A stretch of DNA of 64,000 nucleotides from Acidobacteriota bacterium (GTDB lineage: Bacteria > Acidobacteriota > UBA890 > WLXD01). The stretch spans positions 320,001-384,000 of the forward strand of contig CAXWPL010000004.1 in the NCBI GenBank assembly GCA_963666215.2, read 5' to 3'. Both the position numbers and the translations under genes were made by a program. The notes beneath the pieces are model-generated. The model searched no databases. It was not told the origin of the DNA and saw nothing but the letters and a program-made list of their open reading frames with translations. Below, one piece after another: positions 10,608 to 20,713 of this stretch (position 1 is its first letter; every line of letters begins with the position of its first letter).

Positions 10608-10690
10608 TTGAAAGGCTTGTGCAGTCGGATCCTTGAAAGATCCCTCTGCAGTCGGGCCCTTGAAAGAGCCTTGTGCAGTCGGGCGCTGAA
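10608..10690. repeat. Imperfect ~27-bp tandem repeat, 3 units
   Basis: TGCAGTCGG at 10620, 10647, 10674; TTGAAAG at 10608, 10633, 10660; lies between convergent gatA and tatD. Confidence 0.8.
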
Positions 10691-10697
10691 TCGTCGA

Positions 10698-11606
10698 CTA
10701 GACGAGGCCGAACAACCTCCGCGCGTTACCTGCGGTGGCCTCGGCCACCTCCTCGACGTCACAGGCATGGATCACCGCTAGCTCTTCCGCCACGGCGCCG
10801 ACGAACGCGGGCTCGTTGCGGCGACCGCGGTACGGCTGCGGGGCGAGGTACGGACTGTCGGTCTCGATGAGCGTCTGGCCCAGCGGCACCTCGGCTGCCG
10901 TCTTGCGGAGATCGGCGGCGCTGGGAAACGTCAGGATGCCGGAGAACGACACGTAGAACCCGAGGTCAACCACAGCGCGAGCCATATGAGCGCTCTCGGT
11001 GAAGCAGTGGATCACGCCTCGTAGCCGCTGGTTCGTCTCGGAAGAGCCAGCAGGATCAGCGGACCCATTGGGCGTAGCCGATGTAACCGAACCGGCGCCA
11101 CCGTCGCGCAGCAGCGCCACCACGTCCTCCTCGGCCTTGCGACTGTGGATCACCACCGGCAGGTCGGCCGCAACTGCCCACTCGAGCTGCGCCGCGAAGA
11201 GCTCGCGCTGCGCGTCGCGCGGCATGTCGTAGTGGTAATCGAGCCCCATTTCCCCCACGCCAACAACACGTGGCTGACCGATCATGTTCTCGACAACCGC
11301 CAGCGCATCAACACTGGCCTCGGCGACGTTGTGAGGTGCGAACCCCACGGTGGCGTACAACGCCGGCGCGCTCGAGCCGTGGAGCGGCATCGCCGAGCCG
11401 GCCGTTTCTGCCCTTCGAAGCGCCTCTTGCGCGCTGGCGGCCGCCAGCTCGAGAGCACGCTGGCTGCTCTCCTGGTTATACCCGATCACGACCACCGCCT
11501 CGACGCCCGCTTCGGCGGCGCGGCGCATGAGCGCCTCGCGCTCCTCGTCGAACTCCTGTTCGCCGAGATGCGCGTGCGAGTCGATCAGTGAGCCGATCCA
11601 GCTCAA
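10698..11606 (-). CDS. tatD: TatD family hydrolase
   Basis: DSHAHL, GEMGLDY, VIHSR, GVIHCF, ETDSPYLAP. Confidence 0.93.
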   Translation of the reverse strand: MSWIGSLIDSHAHLGEQEFDEEREALMRRAAEAGVEAVVVIGYNQESSQRALELAAASAQEALRRAETAGSAMPLHGSSAPALYATVGFAPHNVAEASVDALAVVENMIGQPRVVGVGEMGLDYHYDMPRDAQRELFAAQLEWAVAADLPVVIHSRKAEEDVVALLRDGGAGSVTSATPNGSADPAGSSETNQRLRGVIHCFTESAHMARAVVDLGFYVSFSGILTFPSAADLRKTAAEVPLGQTLIETDSPYLAPQPYRGRRNEPAFVGAVAEELAVIHACDVEEVAEATAGNARRLFGLV

Positions 11607-11923
11607 CGCACTTGCTTGCCCGTGGGCATGTCGCCCGCAAACGTCACGAGCGTCGGCTGACCGTCGTTGTCGGCGGCGAGCACCATGCCGTTCGACTCAA
11701 CGCCTCGAATACGAGCCGGCTTGAGATTGGCGACCACCACGATGTTCATCCCTACCAGCTGTTCGGGCTCGTACGCCGCGGCGATCCCCGCTACCAGCGT
11801 GCGCTCCTCCTCTCCCACCTGTACGCGGAGCTCGATGAGCCTGTCGGTCTCGGGTACGCGCTCGGCCGAGAGAATGCGCGCGGTACGAAGTTCGATTTCC
11901 TTGAACTGATCGATCGTAATCAC
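11603..11923 (-). CDS. Stand-alone tRNA-binding OB domain (MetRS C-terminal/Trbp111-like)
   Basis: ITIDQF...ERTLVAGI...VANLKPARIRGVESNGMVLAA. Confidence 0.9.
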   Translation of the reverse strand: MITIDQFKEIELRTARILSAERVPETDRLIELRVQVGEEERTLVAGIAAAYEPEQLVGMNIVVVANLKPARIRGVESNGMVLAADNDGQPTLVTFAGDMPTGKQVR

Positions 11924-11978
11924 AATGCCGCCTCGGGTGACTTGGGCCCCGCTGAGGGGCCGTTTCTTCGCCTGCGAG

Positions 11979-12659
11979 CTAGATGTAACCGTCTTCCTGG
12001 AGGCTCCGGTAGCCCTCAGCGCCGACGATCAGATGATCGAGCACCCGCACGCCGAGCAGACTGCCAACCTGCACGAGCCGCCGACTGATGTCGATGTCTT
12101 CCGCGCTCGGCGTCGGATCGCCCGACGGGTGATTGTGGAACAGGATCAGCGCCGGTGCACCCACCACCAGCGCCTCACGGAAAACCTCTCGCGGCCGCAC
12201 AACGCTCGCGTTCCACCCGCCGCGCGAAAGAACGTGCTCGTGGAGCAGCCGGTTGCGGCCATCGAGCAGCATCAAACCGAAGCACTCCTGGCGCTCGTCG
12301 GAGTAGCGGGCAACGAGATGCTCGGCAACATCCGACGAGCGACGCAGCGGGCGTCCGCGACTCGGCCGCGCCACTCGCGCGCGTCGCGCCAACTCGAATA
12401 CGGCAACAAGCCGGCAGCCGCGAGCACACCCGATACCGGGCTCGGCGGTCCACTCGGCAAGCTGCCACCGGGCCAACTCGCGTAGCCCACCCGCGCGCGC
12501 CAGCAGCCCGTGTCCCAGATCCAGCGCCGAGAATCGATCGTTGCCCGCACCAATCACCAGCGCGAGCAGCTCGGCATCCGATAACGCACTCGATCCGTGC
12601 TCCTGGAGCCTCTCGCGCGGCCGATCGCGGCTGGCTAGATCTGGCACCCTGATGGTCAT
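11979..12659 (-). CDS. radC: RadC family protein (JAB domain)
   Basis: RPRERL...LSDAELLAL, HNHPSGDPTPSAED, VLDHLIV; start at MTIRVP. Confidence 0.93.
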   Translation of the reverse strand: MTIRVPDLASRDRPRERLQEHGSSALSDAELLALVIGAGNDRFSALDLGHGLLARAGGLRELARWQLAEWTAEPGIGCARGCRLVAVFELARRARVARPSRGRPLRRSSDVAEHLVARYSDERQECFGLMLLDGRNRLLHEHVLSRGGWNASVVRPREVFREALVVGAPALILFHNHPSGDPTPSAEDIDISRRLVQVGSLLGVRVLDHLIVGAEGYRSLQEDGYI

Positions 12660-12920
12660 CTGACCGCCTCTGGTAGGATGAGCGTTGCGCGCAGCCCCGT
12701 TCGAGAACGCCTCTGTCCTTATGTGACGGCCATCGGCCGGGCACGTGTCGCCCGCCGACGCGATCGCGAACGCCCAGACTCGACTTTTTGCGCTCGCTGG
12801 CGGTCCTAGCATGTGGAATCGCCTGAAATCGGCAAGCTCGGCGGAAGTCGACCGAACCGCAGCACCGGGGCGAATCGAACAACATTCGGACGCCCGTCAA
12901 CGATGCAGACTGAAGCGACC

Positions 12921-13505
12921 ATGTCAGAGCTCTCGCCAGCGAGTGATAATCAGCTGGTTGCGCGAGCCGTGGGAGGTGACGTAGGTGCGTTCAACGACCT
13001 CGTATCACGTTGGGAAAACCCGCTCTACAAGTTCGTGTACCGATATCTCGGCGACGCGGAAGAAGCGCGAGATATCTGTCAGGAAGCCTTCCTGCGGGCC
13101 TACACCAATATTGGCGGCTTTCAGGGGCGCTCGAAGTTCTCGTCGTGGCTCTACCAGATTGCTCTCAATCTGTGTCGCAGCCAGTTCCGCAAGAAAAAAT
13201 CGCGACCGACCGTCTCGATACACGACGACGAAGGCGACCAGGTGCTGCGGCTGGTGCCCGACGCCAGCGTCACCCCCGACGCTTCAGCCATCACCAACGA
13301 GCGGGTCGACGCGCTGCGTGCAGCGCTGGCCAAGCTCCCAGAGACTCAACGGACGGTGATCATCTTGAAGGAGTACCACGGCCTCAAATTCCGCGAGATT
13401 GCGGACGTTCTGGGTACCCCAGAGAGCACCGTTAAATCCCGCTTGTACCACGGACTCGAAGCCCTGGGACGTTCCCTGGGCCACATGAAGCCTGAAGGTG
13501 TTTGA
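12921..13505 (+). CDS. ECF RNA polymerase sigma factor
   Basis: DICQEAF, FSSWLYQIALN, EIADVLGTPESTVKSRL; alternative ATG at 12903. Confidence 0.92.
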   Translation: MSELSPASDNQLVARAVGGDVGAFNDLVSRWENPLYKFVYRYLGDAEEARDICQEAFLRAYTNIGGFQGRSKFSSWLYQIALNLCRSQFRKKKSRPTVSIHDDEGDQVLRLVPDASVTPDASAITNERVDALRAALAKLPETQRTVIILKEYHGLKFREIADVLGTPESTVKSRLYHGLEALGRSLGHMKPEGV

Positions 13506-14416
13506 CGATGGGAAGTAACTGCGAGGAAATCCGACATCTGCTCGTTGAGCTCGAGTACGAGGAGCTCGGCGAGATCGACGAACAGGCCGTGCTTGCACAC
13601 GTGGCGCAGTGCGACGAGTGCAGCGAGCGCCAAACGGCGTATCGCGCCGTGCGCGCCGACCTGCAATCCTGGGACAGAGTCGAGCCGCAGCGCTCGCGCA
13701 TCGCGTTTGTTCCGATGAATGTGGCAGCCGGCGGGTTGGCACCGGGCCAACTGGCTGCGGTCGGAGGCTGGCGCCGCGGCCTCGGCATCGCCGCCAGTTT
13801 CGTGCTCGGGGTCTTTCTCACGGCCGCCGTGGCGAACACACGGATCACCAAGGGGGACGACGGTTGGTCCTTCAGCACGAGCTTGCTACCGCAGGCCGTG
13901 GGCTCGTCTGGCAGCTCGCCGGTGGCGTCGCGGAACCCGGCTCAGTCGCAGCCGACTACCGTCGGATCGAGCCCGAGCCAGAACAACCCTGGCCAGCGCG
14001 CTCTCCCCCAGACGGCCAGCAACGGAATGGACCCGGCGTTCGTGTCGCTGTCGCCAGAGGCTATCGATAGCAGAATCGATGCACGTCTGCAGGCCCGCGG
14101 AATGGTACAGAGCGGCGCGACACCTGTCGGTAACGCCTACGACGCCTCCTTGACCCCGATCGTCGAGCGCGTTCTCGCCGAGCGCTACAGCCGTTTGATC
14201 GACAACAAGCTGGGCGCCAGCGAGCAGCGTCGACAGGCGGAGCTCTATCAACTCCAGCAAGCCGTGGACGGGCAGCTGCTTCTGCTGCTGAGCGAGCTCG
14301 GCCTGCTGCAGGAAGGGTTCGGTGAGCGCCTCGAACAACAGAACGTGGCCATCGACTATCTGTTCAACCAGGTCAACGCGTCGGCGACGCTCCGTCAGGT
14401 TCCGGAGCAGCAGTAA
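13502..14416 (+). CDS. Anti-sigma factor with zf-HC2 domain
   Basis: HVAQCDEC (HxxxCxxC) followed by a TM helix; overlaps the sigma stop codon. Confidence 0.8.
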   Translation: MTMGSNCEEIRHLLVELEYEELGEIDEQAVLAHVAQCDECSERQTAYRAVRADLQSWDRVEPQRSRIAFVPMNVAAGGLAPGQLAAVGGWRRGLGIAASFVLGVFLTAAVANTRITKGDDGWSFSTSLLPQAVGSSGSSPVASRNPAQSQPTTVGSSPSQNNPGQRALPQTASNGMDPAFVSLSPEAIDSRIDARLQARGMVQSGATPVGNAYDASLTPIVERVLAERYSRLIDNKLGASEQRRQAELYQLQQAVDGQLLLLLSELGLLQEGFGERLEQQNVAIDYLFNQVNASATLRQVPEQQ

Positions 14417-15495
14417 TGACCAAGCAGCTCAACCTCTCGACCAGACTGTTGACGGCGATCTGCCTCGTCATCGCGACCACCGCGGTGACGCCGGTCGACG
14501 CGGCCGGATCTCTCGGATCGCCAACCGGGAGCGCGCAGCAGAATGAGCGCCAGCGGCAGCTCGAGATTGTCGAGCGCGCGCTCACCGAGAAGCTGCAGGA
14601 ATACGTCACCGCTCACCTGAACCAGTCATTGGCCGAGGGACGCGATCTCGACGGTGACGGTGAGCCCGATATGGACAACCAATCGTTGGTGGTCAACGTC
14701 GGCAACGTCGGCAACGCGCACGGCATGTTCATCGACGACTATGGCGTGATCTTCTCGATCCAAACCCCCCAGGTGGCGGTCATTGGTCGAGAGCTCGCGT
14801 TCGCCGTGGCGCCCACGACCGCGCTGCGGATCGCGCCGCAGATGGCCGATACGGGAGCGCGATTGAGACTCATCGAAGGACGCCTGGTGCGTATGTTCGA
14901 TCAGGTCGCGCGCGAATGGCAGCTTGCTGTTGCACAGAGCGGCTCGGAAAAGGAGCGGCAGGAGCACGCCGCGCAGATGGAGCGCATCCGTCAAGAGATG
15001 GCTGATCTGGCGAGGAATCGAGTCGATAGAAGCGCGGACGATCGAGACGCCGCCGACCTGCGCCGCGTGGGCACCGATCGGCCCGACCCAACTCCCAACG
15101 CCAACGGTCGCGGCACCGGGGGAATGGTCGTCTATCGCGACCCGATGGCCGACCAGATCAAGATCGGCAAGCTCATCGAGGCCAACCGCGAGCGGGTCAA
15201 CCGTGCGGTAACCAACGGCGCCATCGACACGCTCGCCTACTACGGCAACGTGCTCACGGGCCTGAAGTCCGACCAGCGCGTCTCGGTGATCGTATTGCCG
15301 GCGAACAACTGGATGCTGCAGCGCTCGCTGCATACGGGCTTGGGCAACGAGGAGTTCGTGATCAGCGTGCGCTACGAAGACGTCCGCAACCTCGACCGCG
15401 AGAAGATCGATCTCGAGAAGTTCCGCGAGCGCGCCTCAATCCACAGCCGCCTCGGCACCCCGATCGAGCTCGTACAGGAAGAAGAGCGGCCGTAG
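14416..15495 (+). CDS. Secreted hypothetical protein, third gene of the ECF operon
   Basis: Signal peptide, TAATG overlap with anti-sigma gene, coiled-coil segment. Confidence 0.7.
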   Translation: MTKQLNLSTRLLTAICLVIATTAVTPVDAAGSLGSPTGSAQQNERQRQLEIVERALTEKLQEYVTAHLNQSLAEGRDLDGDGEPDMDNQSLVVNVGNVGNAHGMFIDDYGVIFSIQTPQVAVIGRELAFAVAPTTALRIAPQMADTGARLRLIEGRLVRMFDQVAREWQLAVAQSGSEKERQEHAAQMERIRQEMADLARNRVDRSADDRDAADLRRVGTDRPDPTPNANGRGTGGMVVYRDPMADQIKIGKLIEANRERVNRAVTNGAIDTLAYYGNVLTGLKSDQRVSVIVLPANNWMLQRSLHTGLGNEEFVISVRYEDVRNLDREKIDLEKFRERASIHSRLGTPIELVQEEERP

Positions 15496-15554
15496 CCAGC
15501 ACAACACCGAGGGATGCTCCACGCCGGCGTGGAGGCCGACCGCGAGATAGTCGC

Positions 15555-15584
15555 TTGGCCCGGCCGTTACCACGGTGCTACCTT
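15555..15584 (+). promoter_or_regulatory. Putative sigma70 promoter for ssrA
   Basis: TTGGCC-18 bp-TACCTT with extended -10 TG; perfect palindrome CTCCACGCCGGCGTGGAG just upstream (15517-15534). Confidence 0.4.
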
Positions 15585-15654
15585 TTGTACGAGGGATCGC
15601 CTCCGGGCGTCTCCCGACCTCAGCGTTCTCGAGCCTTCGGGCTTGTGATCGAAG

Positions 15655-16003
15655 GGGGGCGACAGGGTTCGACGGGAATCTTGAAACACAAGCTGCATGC
15701 CGAGCGACCACGCAAGCTCGTAAATCCAGCGTGGAAACTGACAGCTGCCAACACACCGGTAGCCCTGGCCGCTTAGTGCCAGCGTTCCCCGGTCCTCGCC
15801 TGCAGGGACCGGTGGAACGCCGAATGCAGGCTGGCTAGCCGGGCTCCTCCTGAGGGCCTAGCGGCGAGAAACTAAACTCGGGATAGCAACGCCCCCGCCT
15901 TCCCGCTGGGCAGGGGCGGAGCGAAACTAATCGGCGGGATAAGCATGTAGACGCTTCGTGTGGACGGTTTTCGGACGCGGGTTCAATTCCCGCCGCCTCC
16001 ACC
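15655..16003 (+). ncRNA. ssrA: tmRNA, tag peptide ANTPVALAA
   Basis: 5' GGGGGCGACAGGGTTCGAC; 3' GGACGCGGGTTCAATTCCCGCCGCCTCCACC T-arm/acceptor; tag reading frame 15747-15776 ending ALAA-stop. Confidence 0.96.
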
Positions 16004-16046
16004 TGATTTGCCGTTATTTCATCAGAACTTACGGTTTCAGCCTCGG

Positions 16047-16101
16047 CCCGTCTCCACAATGTCTCCACATTTTTGGGGCGGGCTTTGGTGCGTTCAGCAG
16101 G
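16047..16101 (-). pseudogene. Last ~18 codons of a tyrosine integrase plus paired GTCTCCA arm sites
   Basis: Near-identical to 47108-47161, the 3' end of the integrase relic (LLNAPKPA...); GTCTCCA at 16050 and 16061. Confidence 0.7.
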
Positions 16102-16513
16102 GGCAGGGGATTTCCGGCGATCGGCCCGCCGTTGGTCGCATGGGGCCGCATGGGGTCGCATACAGACGCACGGTCGCCGCGTCGCGAATGCGGTCAGGGC
16201 GCGGCCACGATAAAGTCCCGCCCATGGCACCCCGCAATTTGGAGGATGTCGAAATTGGACCCGACCAAGGTCAGCGAAGCCAAGATCTTCGGTATCGGAC
16301 TGAGTCGGACAGGAAGCCGCAGCCTTACGTCCGCCCTGCAGATCCTCGGCTACGACGTCGTGCACTACCCGATCGATGCCGACACATACAACGAGCTTGC
16401 GAACGGTCAATACGACCTGACGCTACTGAAAACGCACGACGGGATCGCCGACATCACCGTCTCGCCCTACTACGCGCAGCTGGACCAGGCCTATCCCGGC
16501 AGCAAATTCATCC

Positions 16514-17922
16514 GGGGATGTCCCACCGTCCGTTGAACTAAGGCGACGGTGAAGTGGTTGGGGATTGTTACGCAGTACGGCGCTCCTGCTCAAGGGGAAC
16601 GTCGACGGCGGTGTTGAGTGCGGCATCGAGCTTGGCGATGTCGCGGTAGCCACGAACCCTCCGGAACTTGCTCTCGGCCTCGATGAGTGCAGTAACCGCC
16701 CATCGAACGATCATGCTCCCGGAGCGCCACCGCTTTACGTTGCGGCTGACGTGTTTGATCGTCCCGTTCAGGTTCTCGATCGTATTCGTTGAACGTAACG
16801 TCCGAAGCAGCGGCCCCTGAACTCGGAGCCGAGTGACGGTGAGCGTCTCTTGCATTCCTTCTCTGAGCGAGGCCGCTGCACCGGGGTGATCGGTCTCCAG
16901 CTCCTTGACCACGGCGTCGAGCTGCTTGGTCGCTGCCGTGGCCGTCTCCGCCTTCCACGCCTTGCGGATCTTGGCTGCGAACCAGGGCCGGATATGCCCT
17001 GGCAGATGCTCCAATACATTCTTGATCTTGTGGACACGGCAGCGCTGGATCAGGGCCCACTCGCCGAACGTGTCGCGCACTGCTTTACGGAGGCCCTTGG
17101 AGCCATCGATTACCACCAACCGCGCCCGTTCGACGGGCATGCCGCGCTCGATCAACTGCCGCAGCAGCGACCGGCACACGTGGGAGCTCTCCGTGGTGCC
17201 CTCTACGACACCCAGCACATGCTTGACGCCGTCCGCGTCGATGCCCATGGCGATCACCAACAAGTGCTTGCCCATGTGCGTGCCGTCGATCACCAGCACC
17301 GGCAGGTCCACTTCATTGAGCGGTTGGGCCAGGTACTGCTGCACCTGCTTGGCTGTACGCGCTACGAACCGCCGCGACACACTCGAGCGACTCGTTCCCG
17401 ACGAAGCTCGCCCGTCGTCGAGCCGCTCTAACGAGCGCTCGTACTTGCGCGTCGTGACGCCGCACAGGATCTGCTCTACGGCGCGCTCTTCGAGCGGATC
17501 TGTTGCCTTGAACCTCTCCCAGTGCGGCAGCGGCAGCTCTTGGCCATCGACGCTCCGAGCCCGCGGCTTGCGTACCTTGACCCGCCGGCCGCCCATCACC
17601 AGCGAGCCCTCGTCGTAGCCGTGTCGGTACGCCCGCCGCTGCTGTGACCGCGCGTAGCGCTCTCCGCAGAGCTCCGCCCGGTCTTCTTCCAGCAGCGAAC
17701 CCAACACCCCGAAGCCCGCGTCCATGACCAGCGCTCGTAGATCCGATCGCGCCGCTACCACTGCCTCCAGGAGCGGGTTCTCTTGGCGCTCCGCTTTCCT
17801 ACTTGTCTCTGTTCTGCGACTCTTGCTCATGACGGTGATCCTCCATGCCAGTGGATTGACCCCGACACACTATCGAGGTCGGATCACCGTCACCCTTTTT
17901 CAACGGAGCCTGTGACATCCCC
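16514..17922 (-). mobile_element. IS256 family insertion sequence, 1409 bp
   Basis: Imperfect ~39-bp TIRs starting GGGGATGTC; 8-bp TSD ATTCATCC at 16506-16513 and 17923-17930. Confidence 0.95.
16568..17830 (-). CDS. IS256 family transposase
   Basis: GVTTRK, SRSSVSR, IDG, IDGSKGL, QRCRVHK, RSTNTIE. Confidence 0.95.
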   Translation of the reverse strand: MSKSRRTETSRKAERQENPLLEAVVAARSDLRALVMDAGFGVLGSLLEEDRAELCGERYARSQQRRAYRHGYDEGSLVMGGRRVKVRKPRARSVDGQELPLPHWERFKATDPLEERAVEQILCGVTTRKYERSLERLDDGRASSGTSRSSVSRRFVARTAKQVQQYLAQPLNEVDLPVLVIDGTHMGKHLLVIAMGIDADGVKHVLGVVEGTTESSHVCRSLLRQLIERGMPVERARLVVIDGSKGLRKAVRDTFGEWALIQRCRVHKIKNVLEHLPGHIRPWFAAKIRKAWKAETATAATKQLDAVVKELETDHPGAAASLREGMQETLTVTRLRVQGPLLRTLRSTNTIENLNGTIKHVSRNVKRWRSGSMIVRWAVTALIEAESKFRRVRGYRDIAKLDAALNTAVDVPLEQERRTA

Positions 17923-18791
17923 ATTCATCCTGACCGTGCGCGATAAGGAAGGCTGGCTGCGGTCATGCCAAAACCACTGGTACAACTCGCCAGCTTTCAA
18001 GAAGACGGACGATCCCGCGATGCAGGTGGGCATGCGGGTTAAACAACTCCTGCGCGCCGCGGTCTACGGTTGTTACAGCTTCGTGCCAGAGCGTTTCTCC
18101 TGGGTCTATGACCAGCACGTGCGTAACGTGATGGAGTACTTCAAGGACCGTCCGGACGATCTCCTAGTCCTCGACATCTGCAACGGCGAAGGATTCGAGA
18201 AGCTGGCCGAGTTCCTCGGCAGGCCGGAACCGAACGAGCCCTTCCCGCACAAGGGAGCGGTCCTGTCGCGGGGTATGGCCGAGCGGAGGCTGGCCGCCCG
18301 TGCCGCCGACGGCTGAGGCGGCCGCAACGCCCGGCCCCCGTTCTCGCGCGGTAGACGTCCCCCTACCCAGCGCTTAGGCGCAGGTTGTCCTGCGCAACTT
18401 GACCTCTGAGGAGGGTTCCTGGACAATCCGCCGCATGTCGCGCGTGGACTTGGTTTTTCGCACGATCGGAGAGCGAACCTCCGACGTCTCGTACGAGCGG
18501 GCGCTCGAGCACATCCGGCCGGACAACGTCCATGTGGTCGACAACGTACGCCCCTTCTCGAAAGCGGTCGACGAGATGCTCCGCATCGACCACGACTGCG
18601 ATCAGGTGGTGTACCTCGACGCCGACTGCATCCTCATCGAGGACATGCGGCCGTTCCTGGACGAGAACACGGATCCCTACGTCGACTGCTACGTCCGGGA
18701 TCGCTTCCGCGGACGGATTCACTGCGGCGTCCACATCACGCGGATCGACGTTGTTCGTGCCATGGCGGAGGTCGATCCGCCGAAGGCCGAC

Positions 18792-18899
18792 ACCAGGTAC
18801 GTGTTGCGCCCCGAGAGCTACCTTCGCAACGAGGCGCTGCGCCGGACCAGGTACGTGTTGCGCCCCGAGAGCTACCTTCGCAACGAGGCGCTGCGCCGG
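18792..18899 (+). repeat. Exact 54-bp in-frame tandem duplication
   Basis: TRYVLRPESYLRNEALRR encoded twice. Confidence 0.95.
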
Positions 18900-19995
18900 T
18901 TGGGATTCGAGAAGCGGTTGAGGGACTTCGAGATCCTCCACGACTGGTTCCAGACGTATCGAGACATCTTCCGTAAGTATGCGCTTAGGGAATTGCGATC
19001 GCGTGAGGGAAGGCGCCAGCGAAAGCGTCTGCGGCGATGGATGACGTTGTGGGGGACCAAGGAGGATCCCGACTTCCAGATCGCTCGTCACGCCTGCGAG
19101 CACACCGCCGGGCAGGTGGATCGAGACGCACCGCGCGAGGAGGTGGAGGCCTATATCGACCGTCTCTTCGAGACCGCCGACGAGCAGATCCTGGCGCTCG
19201 GCTTGCGTGAGAAGCCGCCGTTCGACCCGCGCGAACTGGCCACGGCGATCGAGGCGGGTACGTACCACACGCCGATGGGGCCCGAACTCTCGCATCTGAC
19301 GTTGATTTGCCCTCACCTTGGCGATGGAGGCGTGCAGCGAGTGGTCGCCACGCTCGCCAGCGCCTGGAACGCGCGGGGGTGCAAAGTGACCGTCGTGGCG
19401 CTCTACCGACATGAAGTCCTCTATTCCCTCGACTTCGGCGTGCGCCTGATCTCCCTACCGGACTGGAGGGGCGCCGGCTTCCTGCTGCGATCGCTCGAGA
19501 CCTTGCGCCTCTTGCACGAGCGTTTGCGATCGAAGGCGATCGCTCTCTGGAGCGCATGGTTTCCTGCCGGGGAAGGCGAGTCCCGGCTCCTTCGAGCTCT
19601 CAAGAAAGGCTGGAAGCTCATCAAGGGACGCACGAGTGTCCTTCTGCGTGCCGTGCGTCGGCAGGTCAGGTATCCAGGCATCTGGAAGCTCCACCTGCCC
19701 ACGTACATTCGGGTGCGTGGACTTCGCAGGGCCATTCAGCATGCGGGCGCGCACAACGTCATCAGCCTGTGCGGGCCGGCGAACGTGGCGTCGGTTCTCG
19801 CCTGCCGCGGTGGGACCAACTACCTGGTCATTTCGGAGCGCAACGATCCCGCACGGCAGAAGCTCCGCTTCCCATGGGACACGCTTCGTCGTCCCCTCTA
19901 CGGGGAAGCCGACGTCGTCACCGCGAACACCCACGGCGCGCTCGAGACGATGCGATCCTATGTCGCCCCGGAGAAGCTTGCACACGTTCCCAACC

Positions 19996-20713
19996 GATGA
20001 CCCGGCACGGCTAGTCGCCACCTAGGATATCGGTACCATGCCAAAAGGACCGCAGGGACAGAAGCGGCCTGCTGGCGTCGACGCCAGGGACCCAACGCGA
20101 GAAGCGCGCGTTGAAGGGCTGACGGGCCAGAGGCTGCTGATGGTCGGCCGCTTGGCACCACAGAAGGGCCACTCGGTCTTGTTCCGCGCGCTGGCTAAGA
20201 GCAGCGCTTGCCCGACGACCTCGCATCGTGGCGCTTGTCGATCGTCGGGCAGGGTGAGCTCGAAGATGAGCTGCGTACGCAAGCCGAGCAGCTGGGAGTC
20301 GCCGCGCGCATCGACTGGCACGGTCAAGTCAAAGACCCCTATCCCTACTACGAAGCGGCGAGCATCCTGGTCCTGCCTTCCCTCCATGAGGGCTCGCCGA
20401 ACGCGCTCCTCGAAGCCATGAGTTGCGGGTTGGCCGCGATCGTGAGCGACGCTACCCTCACCCGGCCCACTCGAGTTGGTGACGGACGAGTTGATGTTAC
20501 GGCTTGGTCGTCCCTGCAGGCGACGCCACCGCACTCGCTTCCAAGATCACAAGGCTCGCGAGGTCCCCGGATCTGCGTCGGAAGCTTGGTGCCTTCCCTC
20601 CACGGTGCGTGACGCTGAGTGGATCGTGGGTCTGGTGGACGCATCCGCACCGATGCCGAAGAAGCCGGGTCCGAAGGGGCCGAGGAAAAGTAAATCAAAA
20701 CTGAGACACTACC
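19996..20713 (+). mobile_element. IS1-like relic, 718 bp, enclosing a copy of the adjacent GT4 3' half
   Basis: 13-bp flanking repeat CACGTTCCCAACC (19983-19995, 20714-20726); MPKGPQGQKRPA start at 20038; transposase-like tail EWIVGLVDASAPMPKKPGP; end AAACTGAGACACTACC. Confidence 0.55.

Larger units (their letters stand above)
16246..18316 (+). pseudogene. Sulfotransferase (Sulfotransfer_4-like) interrupted by IS256
   Basis: KIFGIGLSRTGSRSL 5'-PSB loop; YPGSKFI/LTVRD rejoins in frame when the IS and one TSD are removed. Confidence 0.9.

Noticed and set aside
10608-10690. Possible mini-CRISPR
   Set aside because: Units are adjacent with no unique spacers, and no cas genes are in the window.
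11979-12659. radC as a mobile-element anti-defence gene
   Set aside because: Full-length chromosomal-type RadC in a housekeeping context outside the island.
15555-15838. Short ORFs over 15.5-15.8 kb
   Set aside because: They overlap the tmRNA; only the tag frame 15747-15776 is meaningful.
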